Part shown: positions 25,501 to 36,037 of the stretch, in pieces
How positions within the stretch are numbered: the first letter of the stretch is position 1
How the letters are laid out: the number at the start of each line of letters is the position of its first letter
Assembly: GCA_905178155.1 (NCBI GenBank)
Contig: CAJINV010000003.1
Location: 692,517-756,516 of the forward strand
Origin: Amoebophrya sp. A120
Lineage: Eukaryota > Protista > Dinoflagellata
DNA length: 64,000 bases
Direction: 5' to 3'
Position numbers and translations under genes: made by a program
The notes under the pieces: model-generated
Told to the model about the DNA's origin: nothing
Database searches by the model: none
What the model saw: the letters and a program-made list of their open reading frames with translations, nothing else

Positions 25501-25703
25501 GTCCTTACATCAACTCTGTCGAGGAACAAACAGAAACTTCGAACGAGTTATCTAGTAGGCCCGCGCCCCCGCCTGGGCAAAGTAAGACAAGTAGTCTGTC
25601 TGGGACTCGTTCTGCTCATGCTGAGAATGTGAGCACCACCGCGGAGGGCGGTGCCAAAGAGACCGCATCAAAACGGGCACCGAGTTTGACGAGAGACTCC
25701 TGA
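10558..25703 (+). CDS. NCAPD3: Condensin II HEAT subunit CAP-D3-like, 14 exons, ~3778 aa predicted
   Basis: Cnd1-type segment SIRAHALVAMGKLCL...VRSNAMVILCDL...VDRFLP...LLAEDFLK...LADPD resembles CAP-D3; also DKVPGVRSKAL, DEKPIVRKAAL, DDSVMVRKAA. Exons 10558-10993, 11212-12226, 13088-15641, 15799-17343, 17472-17825, 18110-20409, 20694-20950, 21246-21333, 21647-22004, 22271-22537, 22791-23125, 23278-23703, 23992-24058, 24369-25703 join in frame (11 introners + GT-AG introns 20951-21245 and 22538-22790). The 5' and 3' extents are less certain. Confidence 0.8.
10994..11206. mobile_element. Introner family A, decayed copy
   Basis: TIR TGCAAAAGTATCGTACT / AGTGCGATTACTTTTGCA..ATA. Left end reads GTG and no TSD remains; removing 10994-11211 keeps the frame. 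Confidence 0.7.
12227..13082. mobile_element. Large introner, family H (856 bp, TTA...TAA ends)
   Basis: ~55-bp perfect TIR TTAGGGGAGAAAAATCTTGCCATCTCTACAAAAATTTTGTACCACCAGAACACGCG; TSD CTTGA; removal joins ORF 11208 to ORF 13122 in frame. Confidence 0.92.
15642..15793. mobile_element. Introner family A (152 bp)
   Basis: TAT...ATA, TIR TGCAAAAG(C/T)ATCGTACTCGTATAAATGC, TSD GCCTG; frame restored (LLCL|ECPEK). Confidence 0.92.
17344..17466. mobile_element. Introner family I (123 bp)
   Basis: TIR TATGCTCTGAAAATTTACCATC vs GATGGTTAATTTTCAGGGAATA; degenerate TSD ACCCG/ATCCC; frame restored. Confidence 0.8.
17826..18104. mobile_element. Introner family B (279 bp)
   Basis: TIR TATCCTGAGTAAAAACGTCCCCACACCAGAGT; TSD CCACG; frame restored (LAPT|ALFRIE). 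Confidence 0.93.
20410..20688. mobile_element. Introner family B (279 bp)
   Basis: Homologous along its length to 17826-18104; TSD TTTCG; frame restored. Confidence 0.93.
21334..21641. mobile_element. Introner family C (308 bp)
   Basis: TIR TATGG..G.GTCAG..TTGAAATCG.CAAAGTTGAAA; TSD CAGAA; frame restored. Confidence 0.92.
22005..22265. mobile_element. Introner family D (261 bp)
   Basis: TIR TATCAAA(C/T)G(T/C)AAAAATGTCTGGGTCTGGAAGA; TSD GCCTC; frame restored inside the conserved CAP-D3 block (LPYRL|IFMLADPD). Confidence 0.95.
23126..23272. mobile_element. Introner family A (147 bp)
   Basis: TATGAATTGCAAAAGTAT ... ATACTTTTGCACTGGATG; TSD CTGCT/CTGTT; frame restored. Confidence 0.85.
23704..23986. 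mobile_element. Introner family B, reverse orientation (283 bp)
   Basis: Its 3' end is the reverse complement of the 5' end of the other B copies; TSD ATCCG; frame restored. Confidence 0.93.
24059..24363. mobile_element. Introner family C (305 bp)
   Basis: TIR TATGGAAGTGTCAGAATCGAAAT(T/C)GACAAAATCGAAAAA; TSD CCGCC; frame restored. Confidence 0.93.
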
Positions 25704-26827
25704 CGAGGACCCAGTGGATTGTCCTTCCGTAAAGGAGATGAAAAGGCCATATTCCGCACCCTGCTTCTCAGTTTCATCGTGGTGCAGGAAAATGCGTCTT
25801 CAGCAACTGAAGGGGCCGCTCTGTTTCATCTCTGGCCGAACTCAGTACCATCTGCGTTGCCAGCTGCAGCGAAATTTTGGTGTTTGTGCGTATATTTAAG
25901 AAGCGTTGTGCCACCAGCCGTTTCAAAAGAGACCGACAACGACCTCCGCGGGGGCGTTGTTTCATCGCGGCAAGACCCCGATGTTGATGAGGCAGGAGAA
26001 CTCGACACGGCGATGATGTTCGACTCGTCAATTATTGTCGCGTCTTTTTCATTTTGATTTCTTGCGTTTTCATCCCGTGTTTTCCTCGCTAGGTGATCTT
26101 TTTGCTTTCCGGTGTAGGCGTATTTACCCCTTTTTGGGTTCGTCGTCGTACGCTTACTACTTTGTCGCATGATGTCACACGACAAGACGAGGCCGCACAT
26201 GAGAGGCCGGCAGGAGCTCCTCGGTTCTTGTTAGGACATCAGGTGACACCGCTAGTGCCTCAGCAACCCATTTTATCCTTTATGTTTTTGCGTCGTGCAC
26301 CAGTGCGTAGAATCACACAGCAATGAAAATACAAAACAAGAAAATCAAGACGTAGGTAGTAGAGGGGACGACGACGATCTCATGTTGTTCTATAACATTG
26401 CTCATGCCCCCCCCCGCAAGAATGTCGCTACTGTTTAGACCACGCGTCAACTCAAGCAACCAACATTCAAAAGCTTCAACCAGCATACGGATGTGGATGA
26501 AAACAAGAAACAAGGGTGAAGGACAAAATCAAGCTGATTGATGTTGCTTCTCCGGCCCCTTCTACATACTCTTCTTGCGCAGATGCGATACAACTACAAC
26601 CCGGTTTCATCATGGAACAAATTTTCATTGTCGGACTTAGATCAAGATTCTGATTCATTTAGTTTTCGTCTTCGCAGAAAGCAGGCTCTTTACCCAATCG
26701 CTTTTTCTCTTGGGTTGCATATTGAACAAAACGCAAGACCAGCAGCAAGAAGAACGACGCAGAATTTCGGAATACGCCCGCGTCACCGACCGGACATACT
26801 GTTCCTCCTGCTTTTCAACAACATCCC

Positions 26828-27235
26828 ATGATCCCGCAAGTAAAGGTGAAGGTCGAGCTCGACGAGGTGGATGTTGATGATGTTGACCAACAACAACACG
26901 GCCCAGTCTTCATTGGAACTAAGACCTACGAGCTGCAACAGATGATCACACAGCCCGGAATGATCGGTGGCTCTAGAAGTACTTCCTCGTCAAGGGGATT
27001 TCTAACGAGGAAAACTGCGTCGAACAAGAGGGGCACTGATAGAAAAGTGAAAAACGACGAAGTGAAAGTCAAGCGAGAAGACGACGACAATAACGACGAG
27101 AACAACGACGACGACCAGCTGCATGTGGACAACAGTACACCCGCTTCGGGAGGAAGTCTCGCGTGGTCGGCCTTCACGGGCCTGGAAGTTGCGGACGAGG
27201 AGGGCTATGAATGGATGGAAGATGTTGTTGTGTAG
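26828..27235 (+). CDS. Hypothetical acidic protein or distal exon
   Basis: 135-aa ATG ORF with composition like local exons; no recognisable domain. Confidence 0.3.
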   Translation: MIPQVKVKVELDEVDVDDVDQQQHGPVFIGTKTYELQQMITQPGMIGGSRSTSSSRGFLTRKTASNKRGTDRKVKNDEVKVKREDDDNNDENNDDDQLHVDNSTPASGGSLAWSAFTGLEVADEEGYEWMEDVVV

Positions 27236-29253
27236 CAATAAGGATGTTGGCGCTCTCGTCGTCCACTCGCATGATAAGTAGCGAAGCATTTGATAGCGAA
27301 CTGAGACAACATGATATCTCAGATGAATGACGTTGACGCCTCTGCATTACTAGGTGATAGGATACTGATACAACGTGCGAATTTAGGTCAAGGAAGGAAA
27401 GACCCTATGACTTGTTTAGCTTTGGTATTCCGTTGCGCCGTGCGCGTCGGTCCTCGTAACGCCGTGCGGAATCTTTTTTGAACAATTCAATACGCCCGCA
27501 AACAGTACATTTTTTTTGTTTTTTGAAACTCAATACACTTAATAAAGTTGATACAGAAACTGTGACGATCATGACGATCCTGGCTAGGGCAAACATTGCT
27601 AAAAAATTTACACATGCAGATACACCAAACCACGTCCGCATCAAAGCGCGATGTTTGTAGAAAATTAGAAATTTATAGGCGCGCATAAGCAAATTCAATT
27701 CACATGAACAAGGAATACACCACTGGGAACTGAGTCCTCTGGCAGTAGCGGCATTTGCACCGAATACAGCAATGATTTTTTTCGAAGTTGTGGCACGACA
27801 TAGGTCGTGTCTGGCCGCTGCATTTCTGGCCGCTGCTCTGGCTCTCTACTAGAGGTCATCCGAAGGCCAGCTGCATTGGCCCTTGTTGCAGTTCCACAGA
27901 TACCAATAGCTTGTGTTTAAATGAAGACTCTGTACAGTTTCTATAAATTGTTTTTTGTTTACTTCTGAACAAATCGAAATGGAATATCGATATTGCTGCA
28001 TCACGTTTCTTACTTTGTCTACGAATCAAAAACTGTTTCGCATGTCCACATCCTCGAAGTGGTTGACGACTTCGCTCCACAGGAGCGGGTAGTTGATGTT
28101 GTATAGTGTACTTATCACAAGTGAAAATGTATGATTGGACTGTATGAACAACGTCAATCTTGCTCAAGCACTCCGTTCTTCCGCGACAAGGAAGACGTGG
28201 AAGGAGCGCCATCACACTCGACGCACTCCGTAACATCAGGCGACCTGCGCGAGATGGAAAATATCCGTTCGTCCTGTTGTTCCTCTACATATCGTGCCGG
28301 TGTAAGTGTATTTGGTTTTTGCGAAAAATATTGGCTCGAAGTAGACGCGCCGACGATTACTTATCGCCTGGAGTACACGATCAATGAAGAAAAAATCGAA
28401 CAGCATTGAGATGCTCCTTCAAGATGAACGCATCACGATTTTCTCCTAGAAATATAGGATCACCCACTCATTTTTTCGCACCGGGGAGATCCTTGGTCCT
28501 ACCCGTTTCCCGCATCATTTGGCCCTAAATAGAGGTCTTCATGATCTTCCATATCAGTGATGATGGTGAAGTAGAAAAAGTATGAATATCATGGTGATTG
28601 CAGCTACTAAGTGCATGCAATATGAAGGAACCTGATGATTTTTATTTGCAATTTAATTTGAATTTTTTTTTGACGCCACCAGCATTTCCGTTTCATACCT
28701 CAAAAACCAACAGCGGACGAAGAAGTAGAGAGAGCGACATTCAATTTTGTTTTCCTTCAGAAAATCGTAAACTAATACTATTCATCTTTATGTATATGTT
28801 CTTTAGAAAAATGACAAAGAGGACAGACGCGAATTAGGAGTTAAAAGAAAACAAAGTAAAAAAACATTAAGAAATCAAAAGCGACCGGTATCTAGTATGC
28901 ACTGACTCTCTGCCGCGACAACCCTTTTACTTACTACTCGTTCTACTTGTTCTTATTTGGTTTGTTTCACCAAACCCAAAGCTGAAATAATTTCAGCAAT
29001 AAACAGTAAGTAGAGTTTCCGATTTAGATTTTAGCTTTCCGATTTAAGTATTAATTTAGATTTTAGCTTAAAGAGACTTACGCGTACATTTCCGTACGAA
29101 AAAAAGTACACGATACAGATACCTCCGAAATCGACCACGGTGCACGACGAGCTACAAGTACGAGTACAAGTACAAGTACACCTAAGATTCAGCATTAAGA
29201 TTAACAAAATACAAGAAGCTCCACCAGGTACTACAACTAACCAGCCAGGCAAA

Positions 29254-32200
29254 ATGGGAAAAACCTCCAATAGGAAGCACGGCATTGCCCTGTGCCGCAA
29301 AAAGGCCATGATGGCGGCATCGGGGGAGCAGGAGCACGAGCACCAGGAGCTCGGAAATATTCAAACTCAGCCATCCAGTTCCAGTAGTAGTTCTCGTGAG
29401 GCCCCCGAGGCGAGGTCCCAACAAAACGCTGCCCCACGACCCGAGCAGCCCCCGGATGTTGACGAGGAGGTGTGGGAGATTGCGAAGGGTAAGAAAAAAA
29501 CGTTTCCCTCTACTGCGGTCAGCTACGAGCGAATCGTAGCAAAAGCGAAGCAGAATGGAAAGACCAATCTGGCGGTGCACGACAATGGGGAGTCCATCGC
29601 CCACGCGGACGGGTGTTGCGAGGAGACGACGACGGCAAGGATTTGTGAGGACATGGAACGCATGAAACGAGAGGTGAAACCGATTGCCGACGAGATTTTG
29701 GCGCATTTACCCGACGGGTACCAGCATTGTTTCATCCACGACTCGGACCCGACGAACCCCAACCCCAGTACTAACGGTGGTACAACCACTACTATGAAGA
29801 AACCCATGCCGGAGTACGCCCTCGAGTTTATCGCCCTCGGGCTCGGCTCCTTGTCGCAGAATCGCAGCGCCCAGTGGCAGACCGCGTTGCTGGCAAATGT
29901 GGTGGACCAGGTGGGGAGTGTCGTGGGCTCCGTGAACAGCAAGTTGTGGTACAAAGACGGCAAGATTCCCGTCACGCTCTACGACCCGGCGATGACGGCG
30001 ATGGATGAAAAGATCCTGGCCGAGAGCGGGTTTTTCGGCTCCTCGTGGAAAATCGGGACGGAAGCGGCCATCCGAGACGCATTTTTACCTGGTTTATTGG
30101 GGGCGCAGAACGACCACGAGATGAACGGCGGCGGCCTGCTCCGGATGAACAACGACGAGGAAAATAACCTGAGCCACGACATGCCGTTCTTCCGCTCCGA
30201 GGCGGCGCAGGAGCAAATGCAACTGCAGTGCGGGAAAAGGACGAAGAAGTACCTGATCTTCTACATGCCGCTTTGCGTCCGGGACGTGTACATCGACATC
30301 CTGCGGCGTGTGGAGGCAGAGATCTGCCTGAACAAGTACCGCGGGCGCGACGACACCAGCGACGAAGAAGTAAAGAACGAGGTGGTGGTGGCGTGCGTCA
30401 TCGGCAACGACATGGTGGAGTGGGGGCTGATGAACAAGCACGAAGGCCAGGACGAGGAGGAGGAGGGGGATGAACAAGTAGTAGATCCAGCCGACCCTTA
30501 TCCCTACGACTGTGCTGCTGACTATGCGCAGGTTTTTCCTGAAATGGTTGAACAGCAAAACCGCGAGCGCGATAGTTGTCAAGGACGATCGAAGAGAAAG
30601 AATAAAACTCGTGGCGGCGCACGACAAGCGCGAGGATCTACTTCGGTAGAAGAAGCTCCTTCCCCGCGGCAAACAGTAGATTCTTTCGTTGAGCAGAAGC
30701 CGCTGGGTCGGTGGACTTGCGAGCCCATCGTGACCGCGTGTGGAAGCAGGCATAAATCTACTCAGCGGGCGCAGAAGAAGAAGAGTAGAGGTGGGCATCA
30801 AAAGCAGACCGGGGAACAAGATATCGGGCGATACTTCGGCTACAGTCTCGCTTTCCACAAGACGGATTTGCAGGATCCCTTCCAAGATGCGTTTTACAGT
30901 CCGTCCCAGAATGGGGGTTCCGAAGATGAAGGAGGCAGGGCTGATGTTGACGAGGAGGAAGAACAACCCGATGAAGATGTAGATCAGAACGTGGTCGTTT
31001 CGGACGAAGATGACGATGAGGATCAGGATGCGGATCAACATGCCGGGGATGTCATGATCTCGTCTGATGAAGAAGAATATGTTAACATCTCTACTTCCCA
31101 GATGGTATCGGAGACGGAGTCGGCCGTTGCAGAGGAGGAGGAGGAGCGCGGATCTTCTCAGGCATCCGATCAAGATGAAGGTGAAGATCACGATCACGAC
31201 GAAGATGATGTTGGCTCCTGCCTGTCCGCTCGCAGTTCAACATCCCAGATCTCCGCTGGCGGTGGTACTACACAGGACGACGATGCGATTGACGACAGCG
31301 AACAAGAAGTAGCGGGCTCTCGTCGTGGCTCTTCTTATTTAGCAGATGAAGGAGATGAGGACGAGGACGACCTCCAAGAAGCTGATTATGATGTAGAACA
31401 AGGTCAGCGAGGACATCAGGGTTTTGTCGCCCCGGATGACGATGACGATGAACCAAATTCCTACAGTGGCCCCCAGTCTGAGGAGGATGGTTCTCTTCCT
31501 TCCGAGATCTTGGCCGCTCTGAACAACGTGCCCCACCTGCAGCAGCTGAACAACCCTAGGCAGCTGATGAACAACCCGGGGTCGTTGTCCCGTCGAGCGA
31601 GCATCGCAGAAGAGGAAGAAATAAGTGAGCCAGAAGATGACGAGGAGCCCTGGTATTACCACTGTGATTACAATCACCACTTGACACGGCCACAGCTTTT
31701 GCGAGTTTGCAGGTGGCCAGCGAACTACAGTCCCAATTCGCGAGAGAACAACCCCAAGTTGGGCATTGCGTGGAGAATCATGCGCGGAGGAGATTGCAAC
31801 AATGGTAGTTACCTGATGCAGATTATGTACAAGCGGTGGATCCCTTTTCCGCACGAACCAGAGTGGCTCGACAAACAGTTCTTGAAGTACCTACAGACCG
31901 AGAAATATGGAAGCGTCAGGTTTGAAATCGTGAAAGTTGAAATAGTTTGTCATGCATGAAGCGGATACCAGTTAGGCCTACAGTTTGTAGTCGGTGCATG
32001 GCAAATTTTCCCGGTCCTGGAAGCGAGTCCGTCATGCGGTTTAGGGCAAAAGAGCTGCCTTCTGTCATGCTAGTCAGCAGCCCAACTTTTGACCCTTACC
32101 AGGACTATAATCTGCCTCGCATGCGTCCTCTGCAATAGAGTCACTTTTTGTATCGCATTTTATGCATGACAAATCATTTCAACTTTGACGATTTCAATCC

Positions 32201-35200
32201 TGACACCACCATAAGAAAAATCCCCGAACGGGCGACCTGGACACGTACTACACGGACGAACACGAAATGATTGGGTACCACCAGTGCGTATGAACTGCAA
32301 AAGTATCGGACTCGTAGACGTAGTAATTGCTCTTATGCATGACAAATCTCTTTCCGAAGGCGAAGGTAAAACAGCACTACAAATTTCATTTGTAATGCTG
32401 AGCGAATTTGTAATGCAATTTATCCTAGACCTAGTACGATGCTTTTGCATTTCATAGTGCGAGGTGTGGGAGGACCAGAAATCCTTGCAGAAAAATGGTC
32501 GCCGGTTCCCGGACAAGAAGCGGTACCTGAAAGACGCGAAGTACCGCAAAAAAGTCCTGGCCCTGCTTATCAAAAGGAAAAATCCCCCCTCCCCACATCA
32601 AAACGAAATTTCTGATGCTGGATTTGACTACACAAATCAGGTTTGTATTGCAGGAAAGCATTGCAGTCATATCCCCAGGCTAGGGGAAGGGCGTATGCGT
32701 CTAGTTGTTCAGCATGGCAAGCGGCTCCCCTTTAGGCCCAACAGCATGACAAATCGCTTCCATAGTGGGGCGGAAGCTTCTGCCCTTGTCTTCTTGCAAT
32801 ACAAATGTGATTTGCGACCTCAAATCAGCAACAGGGGCTACGTGCGACCCCTCCGACGCTGCGTGTGGAAGGAGGAAGTTCGGCGTGTTGGGGGTGAGGG
32901 ACCCCCGACGTTGGCCTACGGATATCATGGGGAACTAAGGCTCAAATCAGCAACACCGAGTGGTCGTGCGGTTCGGTTCTCCTATGCCCATGCCTACCGT
33001 GTACTTGCCGCTGGGTACTGGTAGTGCGTCTCTTTCGTCAGACTGTTTCGCTTCGGCGAAACGACATGACGATTGTTTGGGGAGGTTCCTTACGGTCCCC
33101 TCAGGGCATTGCCTCGTCGCTGACCTGTGGAGTAAGGCGGTTCAGGTCAGCTTCGGGAAGGGTATCCGGAGTTGAGTTAGCTTCGGCTTTCTCTTGTGTA
33201 TTCGAGGGCAGTGGTTGGCGGAGGTTGTTGGGATGTTCCTAATCAGTCATCCCAGAACATTTGTGTTCCTTTCTGACTTCCTCATTTCCTGTGCAGTATT
33301 TTACTGCATATACAGGCGCCACCCTCGTTTATCACCTCCAGGGCTACGTGCGACCCCTCCGACGCTGCGTGTGGAAGGAGGAAGTTCGGCGTGTTGGGGG
33401 TGAGGGACCCCCGACGTTGGCCTACGGATATTATGGGGAACTAAGGCTCAAATCAGCAACACAAATTTTCGGAAACATACCTTTTCGATATGGGGAGGGG
33501 GGATTTTTGCTTTTGATACTGCTGCTCCGGGTCTGGCCGCGCATCCGGGACACGAAGCCCTGCCAGCTCGTGCACCCGGCCGCTGCCAACGAGGAGGACG
33601 GGTTGAGCCAGCTCCGCGAACAAATGCGGGAGTTTCTGCTCGCGCTCGTACCGAACGGCCTGTGGGACCGACCTTTGTTAAGAACCCTGCAGCTGCCCCC
33701 CCGCCGGGGAGAGGACTGGCACGCCCCTCCCGACCGGCCCGACCGCCCTTATCAAATGTAAAAATGTCTGGGTCTGGAAAAGTGGAGCTTGTAATGCGTG
33801 TCATGCATTCCTGGAAAATCTGCGTTGCATGAGCAGCAAAAGAGAGGCTTTCTTTGTCATGCAAAAACGCAATTTGTAATGCGTGCTAGGCATCATCAGG
33901 CATCTCAAAAACTTGTCGTGCTTGGCTGCCATTGGAAGCGCTTCAATCATGCGCAATTCAGCATCACAAGTTTCCAGACCCAGACATTTTTACATTTGAT
34001 AGCCCTTTCTGGAAGGACATTCCGGTTTACCTGGCGTATATCAAATGTAAAAATGTCTGGGTCTGGAAGATATCAAACTTGTCATGCTGTTTCTGGATTC
34101 TAAAAAAATTTGTATTGCATGACCAGCAAAAGGACTCCAGTTTGTGCTACGTGAAGAGGGTATTTCTCATGCGGTAGAGGCATCACAAAGTCCTCTGATA
34201 ATCTGTGATACTAGGCATGCATCACAGACATCATGGGTCATTCAAAATATGCATGACAAACCTGGCGATCTTCCAGACCCAGACATTTTTACATTTGATA
34301 GCGTACGACACGGCCCAATTCCGCAAGTGTGTGGTGATGATGATGGTGCCGGGGGTGGACGACGTGCTAGAGATCGGTTGCTCAGCGGGCGTGCTGACCG
34401 AAGCTCTGGCGCAAAAGCAGCCACACTCCCTGACGGCGGTCGACGTGTCCCCGGAAATGCTGGCGATGTGCAGACAGCGGCTGTTCCAGCAGTCGCCGAC
34501 CAGCAACTTCTCTCCGATCTTGCAGGATGAAGAGGCCGACGCCGATGAGAACAATGCGGGGTCTTCGTCCGTTCTTGCAGAAGATCATGAGGCAAACGGA
34601 AATAACCGAGATGATCAACCCTTTCGGCGGCCTACGGTGCAGAGGTTCGACGCGTTGCTCGGCGACTTCACCGAACTGCAGTGCCGGCCTTCCTTGGTGA
34701 GCATCGACATCGGCGGAGATCGGAACAGCGCGGCTGTACTGGAATGTGTGGACCGCGTGCTCAGGTTCTACCACCGGGACGTGGAAGCCATCATTGTGAA
34801 AAGTGAGGAGGTTTTTCGCATGCTCTTTCCGCAACATGAAACTTTGAAACCCAGAAAGAAACAGGTCGACGTTCTTGTGCCACAAAATCAAAATCTTGTT
34901 GTTCATGCGACGTCTAGTACTGCATCGCAGCAGGAGAACGACCTGGAGCAGACACAGAAGCTGGCAAAAATTCACCAAGATCGTCCGGCTGCAGCAGCAG
35001 CAGGTGGACAACAACAGCTTTCTGCCTCTACGTCGTCCTCATCTTCATCCTCTTCATCTTCATCTCAACTACCAACCCTAGCAACAAGCACAACAACTCC
35101 GCGACAGACTAGCGGCACACCAGCACCAGACGCGGGCCGTTTATTGGTGAACCACAACCACCTCCCTGCCCGCCCGCGGAACGGGAATACCAAAAATAAG

Positions 35201-36037
35201 CAGCCCAATTCTATCAATGAAGCTGGAAATATGATGATCGTCGAGAGGGTGCATCGAATGCAAGAACGAAACGTGGATCTGGAAAAGATGCACCGCATGG
35301 ACTCAATCCTCAATTCCCCCAAAATTGCCGGGGAGAGGGCCAGAATCATTGCCGAGTGGACGGCTCTAGCGGCTCGGATCCCCTATGGAGCCCGCTCGTT
35401 CGCGGATTTGAAGCCGGTGAACGCCACTCCATCGACAAAGAACAAGAAGAAGAAGGCGAATAACACATCAACTCTCACGACCCCATCGACAGCGACAACC
35501 TCGAGCAGTAGTTCTTCTACTCGGCCTACGCCGCAGAAGGAAACCTTATTGCCACCCCTGGGCGGTGGCTCCTCACCCTCAGCAGAAGTAGACAACGCAC
35601 GACCACAGCCGACAGCAGCTGCTTCCACTAGTACAAGAACAGGTGGTAATAAACGTAATAAAGCAAGATCCAAGTCCGTTACCGCCGCTCGTCTGTTTGG
35701 ACACAATCCTCCGGGCTACAAGGCGGCGCGATTGACGAGAACTAAGCACATTGCCTTTTTTACCCTCGACGTGAGACGGGGAGCCTTTCGGCACCGGCAC
35801 CAATCGATACCGCCGTTCTTCGAGGTCGAGAAGCACACGAAAGAATTCTTGCCGGATCAGACGCAGGACGTGAACGATCTAAAGAACTATGATGACAAGA
35901 TGTGGACCGAACGAATTTCTTGCCATTCTGAGAATGATATAGATGACTTAAAGCAGGTGGGAGGTGTAGTGGATCTAAACGCACCGCTTCCGCTGCCCGA
36001 AGATTTTTCAAACATTCAGATGAAACGAAACGAATGA
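29254..36037 (+). CDS. SRR1-domain protein fused to a class I SAM-dependent methyltransferase domain, 6 exons, ~1605 aa predicted
   Basis: SRR1-like motifs ALGLGS..SAQWQTALL, YDPAMT..D, IFYMPLC, VIGND; MTase motif I VLEIGCSAG, then AVDVS and IDIGGDR. Exons 29254-31905, 32219-32288, 32462-32567, 33524-33749, 34007-34038, 34306-36037 join in frame after removing 5 introners. Confidence 0.72.
31906..32213. mobile_element. Introner family C (308 bp)
   Basis: Family C TIRs; TSD AGAAA; frame restored. Confidence 0.92.
32289..32456. mobile_element. Introner family A (168 bp)
   Basis: Family A TIRs; TSD GTGCG; frame restored. Confidence 0.92.
32568..33518. mobile_element. Introner family E (951 bp including a 628-bp nested insertion)
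   Basis: TIR TATCAAAAG(G/C)AAAAATCCCCCCTCCCCA(C/T)ATC; TSD CTGCT; frame restored (VLALL|LRVWPR). Confidence 0.92.
32834..33446 (+). mobile_element. Nested tandem retro-like insertion (106-bp direct repeats; 15-bp target present three times)
   Basis: CTCAAATCAGCAACA at 32819-33, 32941-55 and 33447-61; repeat 32835-32940 matches 33341-33446 (1 mismatch); hairpin-rich spacer between them. Confidence 0.75.
33750..34001. mobile_element. Introner family D (252 bp)
   Basis: Family D TIRs; TSD GCCCT; frame restored. Confidence 0.93.
34039..34300. mobile_element. Introner family D (262 bp)
   Basis: Family D TIRs; TSD GCGTA; frame restored (VYLAY|DTAQF). Confidence 0.93.

Noticed and set aside
32956-33446. 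tRNA-derived SINE head, hammerhead ribozyme or group II intron domain V in the nested element
   Set aside because: The A-box-like CCGAGTGGT and GGTTCG are too close for a tRNA; no complete CUGANGA...GAAA core found; domain V-like words occur in the wrong order.
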